This document shows, piece after piece, positions 18,189-27,393 of a stretch of DNA of 64,000 bases (the first letter of the stretch is position 1; each line of letters starts with the position of its first letter). The position numbers and the translations under genes are program-made. Origin of the DNA: Candidatus Saccharimonadota bacterium. GTDB lineage: Bacteria > Patescibacteriota > Saccharimonadia > Saccharimonadales > Saccharimonadaceae. The stretch spans positions 15,703-79,702 of the forward strand of contig JAPUDQ010000009.1 of assembly GCA_027493025.1 (NCBI GenBank), read 5' to 3'. The notes beneath the pieces are model-generated. The model worked only from the letters and a program-made list of their open reading frames with translations. It did no database searches and was not told the DNA's origin.

Positions 18189-20309
18189 TTAGATATCGCG
18201 AGGCTGTTTACCAATTAGTGGTTCATTCTCCACGTTCCGCGGAATAGGTTTACTCCAGTCAGTTTTGGGTGTAAATGGAGGTCGTGGCCCATGAGACTGA
18301 GGCCGGCCATTCGTCATTTCCTTGCCCCCATTGCCACCTATTTCATTGATAACTGGAATAACAATCGGTGTCCGGCGCGTTTGGTCATAAAGTAGATGCG
18401 TCAGCTCATCGCGCAGTTCACGCTTGGCGACATCAAGGTCATTTTTGCGACCGTTGAATAGTCGTATGACTTTTTGTTTCAAATACTGACGGATTAGGTT
18501 CATCAACTCTTCGCTATCACGTAGATAGATAAAGCCGCGAGAAATAATGTCTGGACTCGTCAGGAGACGTCCCGTTGACTTACTAACGGTGAGAACAACC
18601 ACAAAGATACCTTCGTTGGCCATGTGGATACGGTCTTTGAGTACGACTTCGCTCACCTCGGCCCCACTGTCGTCATACATAACGCCTCCGACCGGCACAC
18701 GACCGTTCTTTTTGGCACTGCCATCATGATAAAACTCGACGACATCTCCGGCATCACAAACAAAGATATTGTCACGAGGAATCCCGCACGCACGCTCAGC
18801 CAGCTCGGCATTGTGAACCAACATATGAAACTCGCCATGATTAGGCAGGTAATATTTTGGATGTACGGCCGTCACGACACGAACGTGGTCATCGTAATAG
18901 CCATGTCCCGTCAAATGAATCCGTCCAACACCTGGTAGGTTGTCGCGGCGGTCCTGTAGCACATCCGAACCCTCGCGCATCAAATTGTCGACGGTGCGAA
19001 CAATATATTTCTCATTCCCAGGGATACGGCTGGAGCTAAAGACGATCACATCGGAGTTTTTGATCTTGATATGTTTGTGCGCGCCGCTTGCCATGCGATT
19101 TAGGACGGCATTGAACTCACCCTGACTTCCGGTGCAAACAATCAAGACTTTGCTATCCGGCAGCCTAATGATGTCTTCCATTTTAATAATGGTATCTTTC
19201 GGCACACGAATAACACCGGCGCGAAGAGCTACCTCAAGGTTTTGGATCATGCTATAGCCTGCAAACGCCACCTTGCGACCGTGGGCCTGCGCCTCCTCCA
19301 TAATGAGTTGCATGCGATGCAAGTTCGATGAGAAACAGCTCGCAATCAAGCGGCCTTGTGGGTAAATATTCATGATTTCACCAATGCTGTGTGCTACATC
19401 TTGTTCGCTATGATCGGTACTTGTTCCTTCATCTTCGCAGTTAGTCGACTCATTCATAAAGAGCAAGAACCCTTCTTTGGTCGCAATCTCGGTCAGCCGG
19501 TTAAAATCAAATGCTTTACCATCAACCGGCGTTGGCTCAATCCGCCAGTCACCAGAGCTCAGGACATTGCCAACCGGCGTGCGAATAACTACAGAAGCAG
19601 CGTCCGGAATCGAATGATTGACGCGGACAAGCTCGATCTCAAAGCTATCACCTATCCGTGCCGTCTCGTGGGCCTCAGGATTCAAAATGTGGTATTCGGG
19701 CTCAAAGTCGTCAGGGGACTCCTCCATGTTTTTCTGCAACATGCCAACGGTGAATTTCGTCGCATAGACGGGCGCTGGGATTTTGGGTATAAGGTGTCGG
19801 AACGCACCGATATGATCGAGATGTCCGTGCGTAAAGACTACACCGCGAACTTTGTGTTTGTTCTCCTCGAGATAGGTGATATCCGGCGTAATGTAGTTAA
19901 TACCTGGATAGTCAGCACCTGGAAACAAAAACCCCATATCAATAATCAAAATATCGTTATCGTACTCCAGCGCGGTCATGTTTTTGCCGATACCCATCTC
20001 GCCGACACCACCAATCGGGATGACCCGCAGGCACGGTCGGTTGCTTGGGCGCTGTTTTTTCATGTCGACCAAACTAAATTGGCGGCCACCATACCCATTG
20101 TAGATTGACTTGTTGACTGGGACGTTGATAACGTGCTGACTAGCCCTTTGGCTAACATTTTCAGATACTCGGCGAGCAGCCCGCTGGACTTCCCCGCGGC
20201 GGGTACTGGTGTTTGCCATAACTTGCGTGTCACCACGCTTTTTTTGTTGGAGTTGCGGCCGTTTTGCATTGTCGTCGCTCTGCGGCGTTGCGAGTCGTCG
20301 TTGACCCAT
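18189..20309 (-). CDS. rnj: Ribonuclease J (beta-CASP metallo-beta-lactamase) with basic N- and C-terminal extensions
   Basis: RVIPIGGVGEMGIGKNMT...THGHLDHIGA. The start is uncertain (ATG 20309 or the downstream MANTS...). Confidence 0.85.
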   Translation of the reverse strand: MGQRRLATPQSDDNAKRPQLQQKKRGDTQVMANTSTRRGEVQRAARRVSENVSQRASQHVINVPVNKSIYNGYGGRQFSLVDMKKQRPSNRPCLRVIPIGGVGEMGIGKNMTALEYDNDILIIDMGFLFPGADYPGINYITPDITYLEENKHKVRGVVFTHGHLDHIGAFRHLIPKIPAPVYATKFTVGMLQKNMEESPDDFEPEYHILNPEAHETARIGDSFEIELVRVNHSIPDAASVVIRTPVGNVLSSGDWRIEPTPVDGKAFDFNRLTEIATKEGFLLFMNESTNCEDEGTSTDHSEQDVAHSIGEIMNIYPQGRLIASCFSSNLHRMQLIMEEAQAHGRKVAFAGYSMIQNLEVALRAGVIRVPKDTIIKMEDIIRLPDSKVLIVCTGSQGEFNAVLNRMASGAHKHIKIKNSDVIVFSSSRIPGNEKYIVRTVDNLMREGSDVLQDRRDNLPGVGRIHLTGHGYYDDHVRVVTAVHPKYYLPNHGEFHMLVHNAELAERACGIPRDNIFVCDAGDVVEFYHDGSAKKNGRVPVGGVMYDDSGAEVSEVVLKDRIHMANEGIFVVVLTVSKSTGRLLTSPDIISRGFIYLRDSEELMNLIRQYLKQKVIRLFNGRKNDLDVAKRELRDELTHLLYDQTRRTPIVIPVINEIGGNGGKEMTNGRPQSHGPRPPFTPKTDWSKPIPRNVENEPLIGKQPRDI

Positions 20310-20455
20310 AGATTACTATTTCCTTTCTGTTTTGTTATCAATGATAGTAATTTCTATAAAATCAGGGGGTGAGAGGTATTGGCAGCGGACAGTAATTCCC
20401 TCTCTGAATTGCTATCGATTGTAATAGATTTTGTACTATTTTGCAAGGATAATCG

Positions 20456-21622
20456 TTATTCTACCGATGTTCTGCGTGGCATTGTATAGCTAAAAACTTC
20501 CATCATCTGACCCCACCTCTTTTGTGAACGAGTGACGAGTGTGTGAGGAGCACGAACATACAGTCGAAATGATTCGGCAAAATCTTCTGTGTACTGATCA
20601 CCGGTACTACGGCGGTAGTGATACTCCGCGTAGGGAGACACATACTCTTTGTGGTTAATAGCCATAGTATGCCAACGGCTGAGTAAAGCAGCTGGTAATA
20701 CCGTGGAAAGCGCATGTCCATACTCGTGGGTTAAGGTCTCAAAGATATCATCTTTTGTCTTTGGCTGATCACTCGAATTTATTCGTTGCTTATACGGGTC
20801 GCTATATATAACGATCTGCCCCGCATTATCGAAACTCGAGAAACTATGCATACCAAGCGAAGGCGCACCCTGTCGAAGATCGCGTAATCGCTCTTCATCT
20901 GTCTTTTCCCGAAAAATAATGCGAGAAACTCCTTCGAGAGCAAGCGGAGGAATGTTTTGCTTTGTATAGGCACGTATTTCGGACTCAAGTCCAGGATATG
21001 GCAATAGGTCGCATCCTTCTATAGCTATTCGATGGAGCTCTTTGTCGACATCTATGCTTTTTGCCCCTCGCTCAAACACGGCAAGCTCCTCAGGAGAAAG
21101 ATTAACTTCCCACTGATATCGCGGCGGATTGTCGGCTGCTCTATCATGGTCATAGGTGGCGTTATTGTATCCTGTACGATAGAGGCCGGAAAGACTCTCC
21201 GTAAGACAGCGTGATACGTCAAGCGGCTCGACTTCTGGCGCTTTAGATACTGATAGCGGCTTATCCCCGATGACTTGCCATTTTTCTAGTACCCCCACTG
21301 CTTGTTCAGTGATGAGTAAAGCATTGATAGCCTTTTCAAACGTATCACTACCTGGCAGTGTTTCGCTCATTTTACCAAGCGTTTTGATAGCAGCGCGCAA
21401 CTCTCCTGGATCGTACTCTACCCCAGATTGCTTTGGTTCTTTTCGGAAGATGCGCTCTGGTATAGGATGTCGTTGATAGTACAGAACCTTCTCTGCGTCG
21501 ACTTTATCTAAAATATCCTGCGCCCATGTTTCTACATAGGCTCGAATTGTACGCTGGTCGTTGTCAATGGAATTCGCTACGGAGGCTTCTTGACTTGGGA
21601 TACGATATTCAGCAAATGACAT
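20456..21622 (-). CDS. Cytoplasmic HExxH metallopeptidase-like protein (anthrax lethal-factor/ATLF-like motif pair)
   Basis: 388 aa with no signal peptide. HEYGHAL, then EDFAESFRLY 43 residues after the second His. Confidence 0.6.
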   Translation of the reverse strand: MSFAEYRIPSQEASVANSIDNDQRTIRAYVETWAQDILDKVDAEKVLYYQRHPIPERIFRKEPKQSGVEYDPGELRAAIKTLGKMSETLPGSDTFEKAINALLITEQAVGVLEKWQVIGDKPLSVSKAPEVEPLDVSRCLTESLSGLYRTGYNNATYDHDRAADNPPRYQWEVNLSPEELAVFERGAKSIDVDKELHRIAIEGCDLLPYPGLESEIRAYTKQNIPPLALEGVSRIIFREKTDEERLRDLRQGAPSLGMHSFSSFDNAGQIVIYSDPYKQRINSSDQPKTKDDIFETLTHEYGHALSTVLPAALLSRWHTMAINHKEYVSPYAEYHYRRSTGDQYTEDFAESFRLYVRAPHTLVTRSQKRWGQMMEVFSYTMPRRTSVE

Positions 21623-21630
21623 GTTTTTAC

Positions 21631-21659
21631 ATGATACAATATTTTTTATTAAATGTCAA
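21631..21659 (-). promoter_or_regulatory. Consensus promoter TTGACA-17-TATCAT, with -10 box ending 8 nt before the ATG (leaderless)
   Basis: Reverse complement: ttgaca (21659-54), a 17-nt spacer, tatcat (21636-31), gtaaaaac, then ATG at 21622. Confidence 0.65.
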
Positions 21660-21697
21660 TGTAATGTCCTAAATTAAAATTGCGATTTACGTGCGTC

Positions 21698-22513
21698 CTA
21701 AGCCTTCAATATATAGATATGAAATATATCTGGCCGTACACTGTATAGCATCCAGGCGAACATTATGAGATCGACAATAATATGAATGGAAACATTGAGT
21801 AATAAATTTCCTCTTTTGTGGTATATATATCCCTGATAGGCTGCGTACGCAATGATGAGAGGTACGATCAATCCACGAAAACCAACCTGATACAAGAACA
21901 CTGAAAAAGCAATCGTCTGTAGAGCATTCGCAACTGCAAATGGCAAGAAGCGCCGAAGCGATACGAATACAAAGGCAATAAAGAAAAATTCTTCCCACAC
22001 CCCTACTAGCATCACAAAGAAAAATGTAACCAACACGTTTATTGTCGTATCGAGATGCCAGCCATGCGCGGCATTTGTCATCATGAAATAATAGCCAGTG
22101 CAGATAGCCGTTGATACCGCAGGAAGTATCACATAGCCAATATCCTGCCAGGTCCAGCGACGCTGGAAATCAAGCGTAGTATGTAAAAATGATTGTTTGT
22201 AAAACACGCGAGAAATAACATGGGGTATCAAGATTGAACCAATAATGCCACTAAGCACGATAAAAACATGCATCACTGAAACTTCTGTGCTTACCGGAAC
22301 AGCCATAAGTATCACAAAGCCTATCCATACGGGAAGTGCAGTCTGAAACCGCTTTTTATCGAGAAATACTATTATGCAAAATGCAGCTATTAACACCATG
22401 TAGGCCACCCATGGCAACATATTCAATGCATCAAGACTATAGCCTATAACAGAAAGTGTCATTGCGACTGAGAAATGTAGAGTGGCCCGTGATATACGAG
22501 GGTAGATGATCAT
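21698..22513 (-). CDS. Polytopic membrane protein, divergent CPBP (CAAX/Abi)-like
   Basis: 271 aa with about 7-8 TM helices. WEEFFFIAF (EE motif) and HIIVD (HxxxD) are present. Confidence 0.4.
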   Translation of the reverse strand: MIIYPRISRATLHFSVAMTLSVIGYSLDALNMLPWVAYMVLIAAFCIIVFLDKKRFQTALPVWIGFVILMAVPVSTEVSVMHVFIVLSGIIGSILIPHVISRVFYKQSFLHTTLDFQRRWTWQDIGYVILPAVSTAICTGYYFMMTNAAHGWHLDTTINVLVTFFFVMLVGVWEEFFFIAFVFVSLRRFLPFAVANALQTIAFSVFLYQVGFRGLIVPLIIAYAAYQGYIYHKRGNLLLNVSIHIIVDLIMFAWMLYSVRPDIFHIYILKA

Positions 22514-23304
22514 TTCACGAAAAAGATATTTATAAGTTGCGGGTGATGTGCGTTAATAAGTGCGAGATATAATACAAAGTCGATTGTCAAATGGATTGCA
22601 ATGATATAGGTCAAATTGTCAGTCTTGCGAAATACTGCCCCCTGCAATAGGGCAAACGGATATATTACCAATGGCATCCAGCCGCGAAAACCCAACTCAT
22701 ACAAAAATGAAGTGAAAAGCACTGCTTGGATCATATTTGCTTGATAAAACAGAACGTGTCTTCGCAACAACGCAAGAACCGTTACAATAAAGAACAATTC
22801 ATCCCAAATACCAAGACCATTCGTCCCCAAAAAAAGGACAAATAGTCCATATGGATCAGAAGGAACGGACCAATTGAGATGTCCTCCTGTCGTATGCATC
22901 CACAGCGGCAAAATAATATAACTTAGTATCAGGGCAAGAAACAAATATCCGACATGCCCCCGCGTCCACGTATGGTGACCGAATGGAAAATGAATGATCT
23001 TTTCATGGTACACATAGCGCGTTACGAGATATGGCAGAGCTACTGCTACGCCAATCAAACTACCCATTATAATCGTATGCCACAGATCAATACTCGTATT
23101 GATAGGAGCGAGACCCACTATGCTGATAGATGCAAATACCAGACCTACATGCCGTAGTGCATTACGACCAGCCCCTACCAATAATAAAAATCCAGTCGCC
23201 AACGTTGTATAACCGATTAATTGTTGCTGAAGTGGAATAGTTAAAATGGTACCAACTATCAAACACAGTAAACTTGCATACAAATATATGTTCCGCTGTC
23301 TCAT
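22510..23304 (-). CDS. Polytopic membrane protein, divergent CPBP (CAAX/Abi)-like paralog
   Basis: 264 aa with WDELFFIV and HLTID. It overlaps both flanking genes by 4 nt. Confidence 0.4.
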   Translation of the reverse strand: MRQRNIYLYASLLCLIVGTILTIPLQQQLIGYTTLATGFLLLVGAGRNALRHVGLVFASISIVGLAPINTSIDLWHTIIMGSLIGVAVALPYLVTRYVYHEKIIHFPFGHHTWTRGHVGYLFLALILSYIILPLWMHTTGGHLNWSVPSDPYGLFVLFLGTNGLGIWDELFFIVTVLALLRRHVLFYQANMIQAVLFTSFLYELGFRGWMPLVIYPFALLQGAVFRKTDNLTYIIAIHLTIDFVLYLALINAHHPQLINIFFVK

Positions 23305-23879
23305 TGGTTCATCTCTCGGGCAATGATGGCAGCATTCAAAAAATCATTAATAAGAGTCTGACGCATAGCTCCATTGTATAGTGCTGCAGCTGGATGATAA
23401 AGTGGAATTACCAAAAACTCATGAGTATTATACTTCACATGCCGGGCACGTCCATGATCGCGTGAAATATGAAGATCAGGTATAAAACACATGCCACTGT
23501 GACGACCGAGCGTGATGATTACTCGAGGACTAATAATCTCCAGTTGCCGCATGAGGTACGGCCAAAAAACGCGTTTTTCTTCGGGGGACGGATCACGATT
23601 GTTCGGCGGACGGTACTTGACGATGTTAGTTATATAGACGTCTTCACGCTTCATTCCTCCCGCTGCAAGCATCTCGTTCAGGAATCGGCCGCTTGCCCCG
23701 ACGAACGGCAAGCCTTGGATATCTTCTTGTTTGCCAGGCGCCTCACCGATAAACACAATCTCCGCATCAGGGTTACCGTCACCCATCACCAGTTGTGTTG
23801 CCTGCTCGGCAAGTTCTTTGCATACGCTAGCTGAGACAATCTCGTCAGCAAGCTGTTGAATCGCATCAGATTTGGACAT
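23301..23879 (-). CDS. Uracil-DNA glycosylase, family 4
   Basis: GEAPGKQEDIQGLPFVGASGRFL and HPAAALY motifs. Confidence 0.85.
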   Translation of the reverse strand: MSKSDAIQQLADEIVSASVCKELAEQATQLVMGDGNPDAEIVFIGEAPGKQEDIQGLPFVGASGRFLNEMLAAGGMKREDVYITNIVKYRPPNNRDPSPEEKRVFWPYLMRQLEIISPRVIITLGRHSGMCFIPDLHISRDHGRARHVKYNTHEFLVIPLYHPAAALYNGAMRQTLINDFLNAAIIAREMNQ

Positions 23880-23900
23880 ATCTTTAGTATAGCGGATAAT

Positions 23901-26642
23901 CTATGATCGGCGGATGATCCGTGCGACAACAACAGCTACTCCACAAACAATACCAGCTCCCGCTAACCACCAGACGGATGCTATGTCTTTATGCTGAGAA
24001 ATAATTTGTTTAGAATCAGTAACTGTAGGAGGGTTTGTCTCGATCGTTGGCAACGGAGTGTTGGCACCGCTACTAATATTTGTATCTAATGTCGGTGCTT
24101 CAATGATTGAAGCTGGTGAAGCTGCGCGGCGCATACCACTCAAAGAAACAAATGATCGAAACGCTGGAGTTAATGCCGGAATGGATACATTATTCTGAGT
24201 AATTGTTGGAGGGTCTTTCTCTACAGGGAGTACACTATCTTGCATAAAAATTTGGTTATTGGCCGTAATCTCGCCATCGCACGCATCATCAACACCATCT
24301 TTGTCCTGATCATATCCCGAATCCTGCACTACTTTACACTGGCCGGATAATGGCTTTGCTGGATTATTAATGTAAATCGTCTGTCGATATTCGACGGGTT
24401 GCCCGTCCGGCCGTACACCCCGGGCAACAAGTGTATGATAGCCTGATTCGATATCATCTGGAAGAGTATATTCACCCTCTACACTTCCGTCATCACTAAC
24501 CAAAAAGGTACCGAGTGAACGCGGCGTGGAATACAGGGTCAGCTGCAAAGGCGAGTTTTGCTTCAGGAAGTCCATAATACGAAATCGTTGCTTATCGATA
24601 ATTGCCTGAAAGGCTTTTTCAGCAAATTTTTGGAATGACATGGTATGTCCTTCACCATGAAAATAGGATGGTATAACCGGTTCATGAGCGTCTGGCTTTA
24701 TACATGATCCAGCCATGATAACTACTGGGCACTGAATATCACGATACAGACGCATGTCTCCATAGGTATGTGATATATTGTCAGCTTCTATCTGATGCCC
24801 CCACGAGTTGGGGTGATATGTTTCATTCCCAATGATAGCATTCCGGTCATCACCAAGCGTCACGCCCTTGACCGTCGCGCCACCTTTACCGTTGCAAAGA
24901 CCGTTCTCTGCAAATACATTCTCTACGTCAACATAGAAGACCCCTGAGTTATGGGCAGCATTTTTGATAACCGTATTGAGATATTTTGTACTTTCGATCA
25001 TAAATTCTCGCTCTTTGATATCAAGCATGACATTAAGTGCGCATTGAGGATGGGAGGCATTGGTTGCGAAGGCAATTGGATATCCTACGACGTATACCCG
25101 GGTTTGTGGTGCTATGCCCTGCATGCGTCTAAACAGTTTTGTTAATTCCTGATATTGATTTTTGATAGCTTGGGCTGCCGCATATTTTTGATCTGGGTTG
25201 ACCGCTCGCTCACAGGTAGCGCCTGCCGGCAAACACGCTTCAAGGAAATTGGCAAAGCCCACATCGTTGCCACCAATCGTAAGCGTTACCATCCGCGGTT
25301 GATAGGAGCTCAGGAAGTTAATCTGAGGAGTACGGCCAGGAGTGAAGGTGTAGAGCGCTTCTTGAAAAAAGTTTTCTTTCCAGTCTTTTGCAGCCCCCTT
25401 TACCTGATCGAAATGACCTCCATAAACATCATGGCTTGAGTTCACATCCTTAATATGTGCACCCGCACACGCTACTGACTGAAACATATGCTGCCCACTA
25501 TCCAATCTATAGTCCATGCCCATAGCACTAGCGAGCTTATAGGGATAGGCCCAGCTCCCAATATGACATTTCTCCTGAGGAAATTCTGCATTACCATTCG
25601 TACCCTCCAGATACGTTTGGAATGGATCAGCCCCTTCTCCTGAGCTATATGAGTCGCCCAAGGCAATATAATCAAACCCATACCCAGCTTGCCAACTCCC
25701 CGTCCATAGAATGTTTTTTAAAACTTTCGCTTGATCCTGTTGATCAACGGCATTATAGGTTATCGCTCGACCATCATCACGAAACAAAACATTACTCGGA
25801 AAACTACCTCCTAATTCATTGTCCGTAAACACCTTTGGCGTACAATTCTCTAGCCTATTCCATGAAAGAGCATGATTGACCCCACAGAAAAACTGATCAT
25901 ACATTACAAGCTTCCAAAAATCCTCGCCAGCTAGAGCTACATATAGTCCGTCATTCGATATAGCTGGAGTGAAAAAGGCATTGTCATGTATCGATTCCAT
26001 TTGCGCTACCTGTACCATGTGTAGGGATACTAAATCAATCGATAGGACGAGTCTATCGACAATTCCAACCGCCCAGTTAGAATTATTTGAAAAACCAATT
26101 GCCCGAAAAACGACTGATTCGGATGTTCCCGGATAGACGAGAAATGTTAGTTGCGTACCCGGAGAAAGCACATACTTACCATGCTGTTCATCATATCGAA
26201 CATGTTTTTGCAACGACTCATAGTAGCCTACCCGGTAATGCTGGTCGTCTTGATACACTCGGACATAGAGGCGCGAGGCTGACTGAGGAGTCTGCAAAAC
26301 TGTTTGGCCTGTAGGCAACGCGACGGAGTAGTAGGTGTTACTACGTCCAAGGGCAATACTGCCGTCCTCGGCAATATTGCCCCAATTCGTCCTAACAACA
26401 CAGGCATTCTTCGGTTGCGCTAATCCAGAGGACGTATCATATCGCTGAATCAGTTGACTCTGACATTGACGGTTTGGTTCATGAACATCAGTATTTTGTA
26501 TAGCTAAGTCATATCGCTTTGCAGAGCCACCATCATCAACCCAAACTGAGCCATAGGCAGCAGCGTATACAAGCACGCTGCCTTGAATAATTACTGAGAT
26601 AGCTAGTATTATCCCGGCAGACCACAGTCTCCGCCTCTTCAT
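23901..26642 (-). CDS. Large surface protein with SGNH/GDSL hydrolase domain and C-terminal membrane anchor
   Basis: 913 aa with a signal peptide. GDSL blocks are YIALGDSYSSGEG, TIGGNDVGF and ETYHPNSWGH. The C-terminus has a TM helix followed by RIIRRS. Confidence 0.75.
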   Translation of the reverse strand: MKRRRLWSAGIILAISVIIQGSVLVYAAAYGSVWVDDGGSAKRYDLAIQNTDVHEPNRQCQSQLIQRYDTSSGLAQPKNACVVRTNWGNIAEDGSIALGRSNTYYSVALPTGQTVLQTPQSASRLYVRVYQDDQHYRVGYYESLQKHVRYDEQHGKYVLSPGTQLTFLVYPGTSESVVFRAIGFSNNSNWAVGIVDRLVLSIDLVSLHMVQVAQMESIHDNAFFTPAISNDGLYVALAGEDFWKLVMYDQFFCGVNHALSWNRLENCTPKVFTDNELGGSFPSNVLFRDDGRAITYNAVDQQDQAKVLKNILWTGSWQAGYGFDYIALGDSYSSGEGADPFQTYLEGTNGNAEFPQEKCHIGSWAYPYKLASAMGMDYRLDSGQHMFQSVACAGAHIKDVNSSHDVYGGHFDQVKGAAKDWKENFFQEALYTFTPGRTPQINFLSSYQPRMVTLTIGGNDVGFANFLEACLPAGATCERAVNPDQKYAAAQAIKNQYQELTKLFRRMQGIAPQTRVYVVGYPIAFATNASHPQCALNVMLDIKEREFMIESTKYLNTVIKNAAHNSGVFYVDVENVFAENGLCNGKGGATVKGVTLGDDRNAIIGNETYHPNSWGHQIEADNISHTYGDMRLYRDIQCPVVIMAGSCIKPDAHEPVIPSYFHGEGHTMSFQKFAEKAFQAIIDKQRFRIMDFLKQNSPLQLTLYSTPRSLGTFLVSDDGSVEGEYTLPDDIESGYHTLVARGVRPDGQPVEYRQTIYINNPAKPLSGQCKVVQDSGYDQDKDGVDDACDGEITANNQIFMQDSVLPVEKDPPTITQNNVSIPALTPAFRSFVSLSGMRRAASPASIIEAPTLDTNISSGANTPLPTIETNPPTVTDSKQIISQHKDIASVWWLAGAGIVCGVAVVVARIIRRS

Positions 26643-26730
26643 ATTCGTACCATAGCATAATTAGAGTAAAGATAGAAGTTTTTTCTTGGGATCAATTTAA
26701 AATAATCTGTGATATGGGTTATTTTTGGCC

Positions 26731-26776
26731 TTGGATTGTGCTTTTGTTTTGGGCATAGGGAAAGTATAGCATTCTC
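26731..26776 (-). repeat. 46-bp perfect direct repeat, copy A (promoter plus first 9 codons of the 178-aa gene, ending in a 19-codon stub)
   Basis: Identical to 27297-27342. The reverse complement contains TGCTATACT-N6-ATGCCCAAAACAAAAGCACAATCCAAG. Confidence 0.9.
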
Positions 26777-26785
26777 AAGATGTTA

Positions 26786-27322
26786 TCATATTTCTGGATA
26801 TAACATTGAAGCTGTCTGAAAATCACAAATAAACCTAGTTATCCCCTCATTGTTGGTATAGTGATATAGTCCACAGCCTATCTTATCAATAGTAGGCTTA
26901 TAGTCTTGTATAACATTACCGACATCTTTAACTATAGTTTTTCCCTCTTTCATATCCGTACCTGCTTTGGCAATAGATTTCTTTATGTCATTAAGTGGCG
27001 GTGTGGAGCCTTTCATTATTAAATCTTGCGTGCATCCAATAATAGGTTCCTGAAACTTAACACTCCCCTTACTACAATACCGTTTCCTCTCCCACTGCCC
27101 GGGAAAGTCTTTCTCGAATTGGATGGATAGCTTGTTCATGAGGGATTCTACATAGGCAGAGGCTTTATCTGATTGAACTTGCAGCTGATACTTTTGGTAA
27201 CGATACTCAAGAAATTGACATATGAGAACAATAATAATTGCAATAAACAACGCGACAAATGGCGGTAAGGAACGTTTGTGGGAGTGGTTTTTGGTCTTGG
27301 ATTGTGCTTTTGTTTTGGGCAT
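26786..27322 (-). CDS. Membrane-anchored hypothetical protein
   Basis: 178 aa with a basic N-terminus, one TM helix and a Cys-containing ectodomain. Confidence 0.65.
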   Translation of the reverse strand: MPKTKAQSKTKNHSHKRSLPPFVALFIAIIIVLICQFLEYRYQKYQLQVQSDKASAYVESLMNKLSIQFEKDFPGQWERKRYCSKGSVKFQEPIIGCTQDLIMKGSTPPLNDIKKSIAKAGTDMKEGKTIVKDVGNVIQDYKPTIDKIGCGLYHYTNNEGITRFICDFQTASMLYPEI

Positions 27323-27342
27323 AGGGAAAGTATAGCATTCTC
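27297..27342 (-). repeat. 46-bp perfect direct repeat, copy B (native promoter and 5' end of the 178-aa gene)
   Basis: Identical to 26731-26776. Confidence 0.9.
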
Positions 27343-27393
27343 CCGCCTAATGCTCTACTGCGTGTTGATAAGATACGGTTAAATGCCGTCTAA

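Noticed and set aside
19356-20108. Long antisense ORFs inside large genes (for example 250 aa inside rnj, 211 aa at 28338..28973 inside pnp, 177 aa at 13948..14481 across efp/rpsR, 155 aa at 3888..4355 inside pilB)
   Set aside because: They lie entirely within, and antisense to, confidently identified conserved genes. They have no start signals and their composition is low-complexity.
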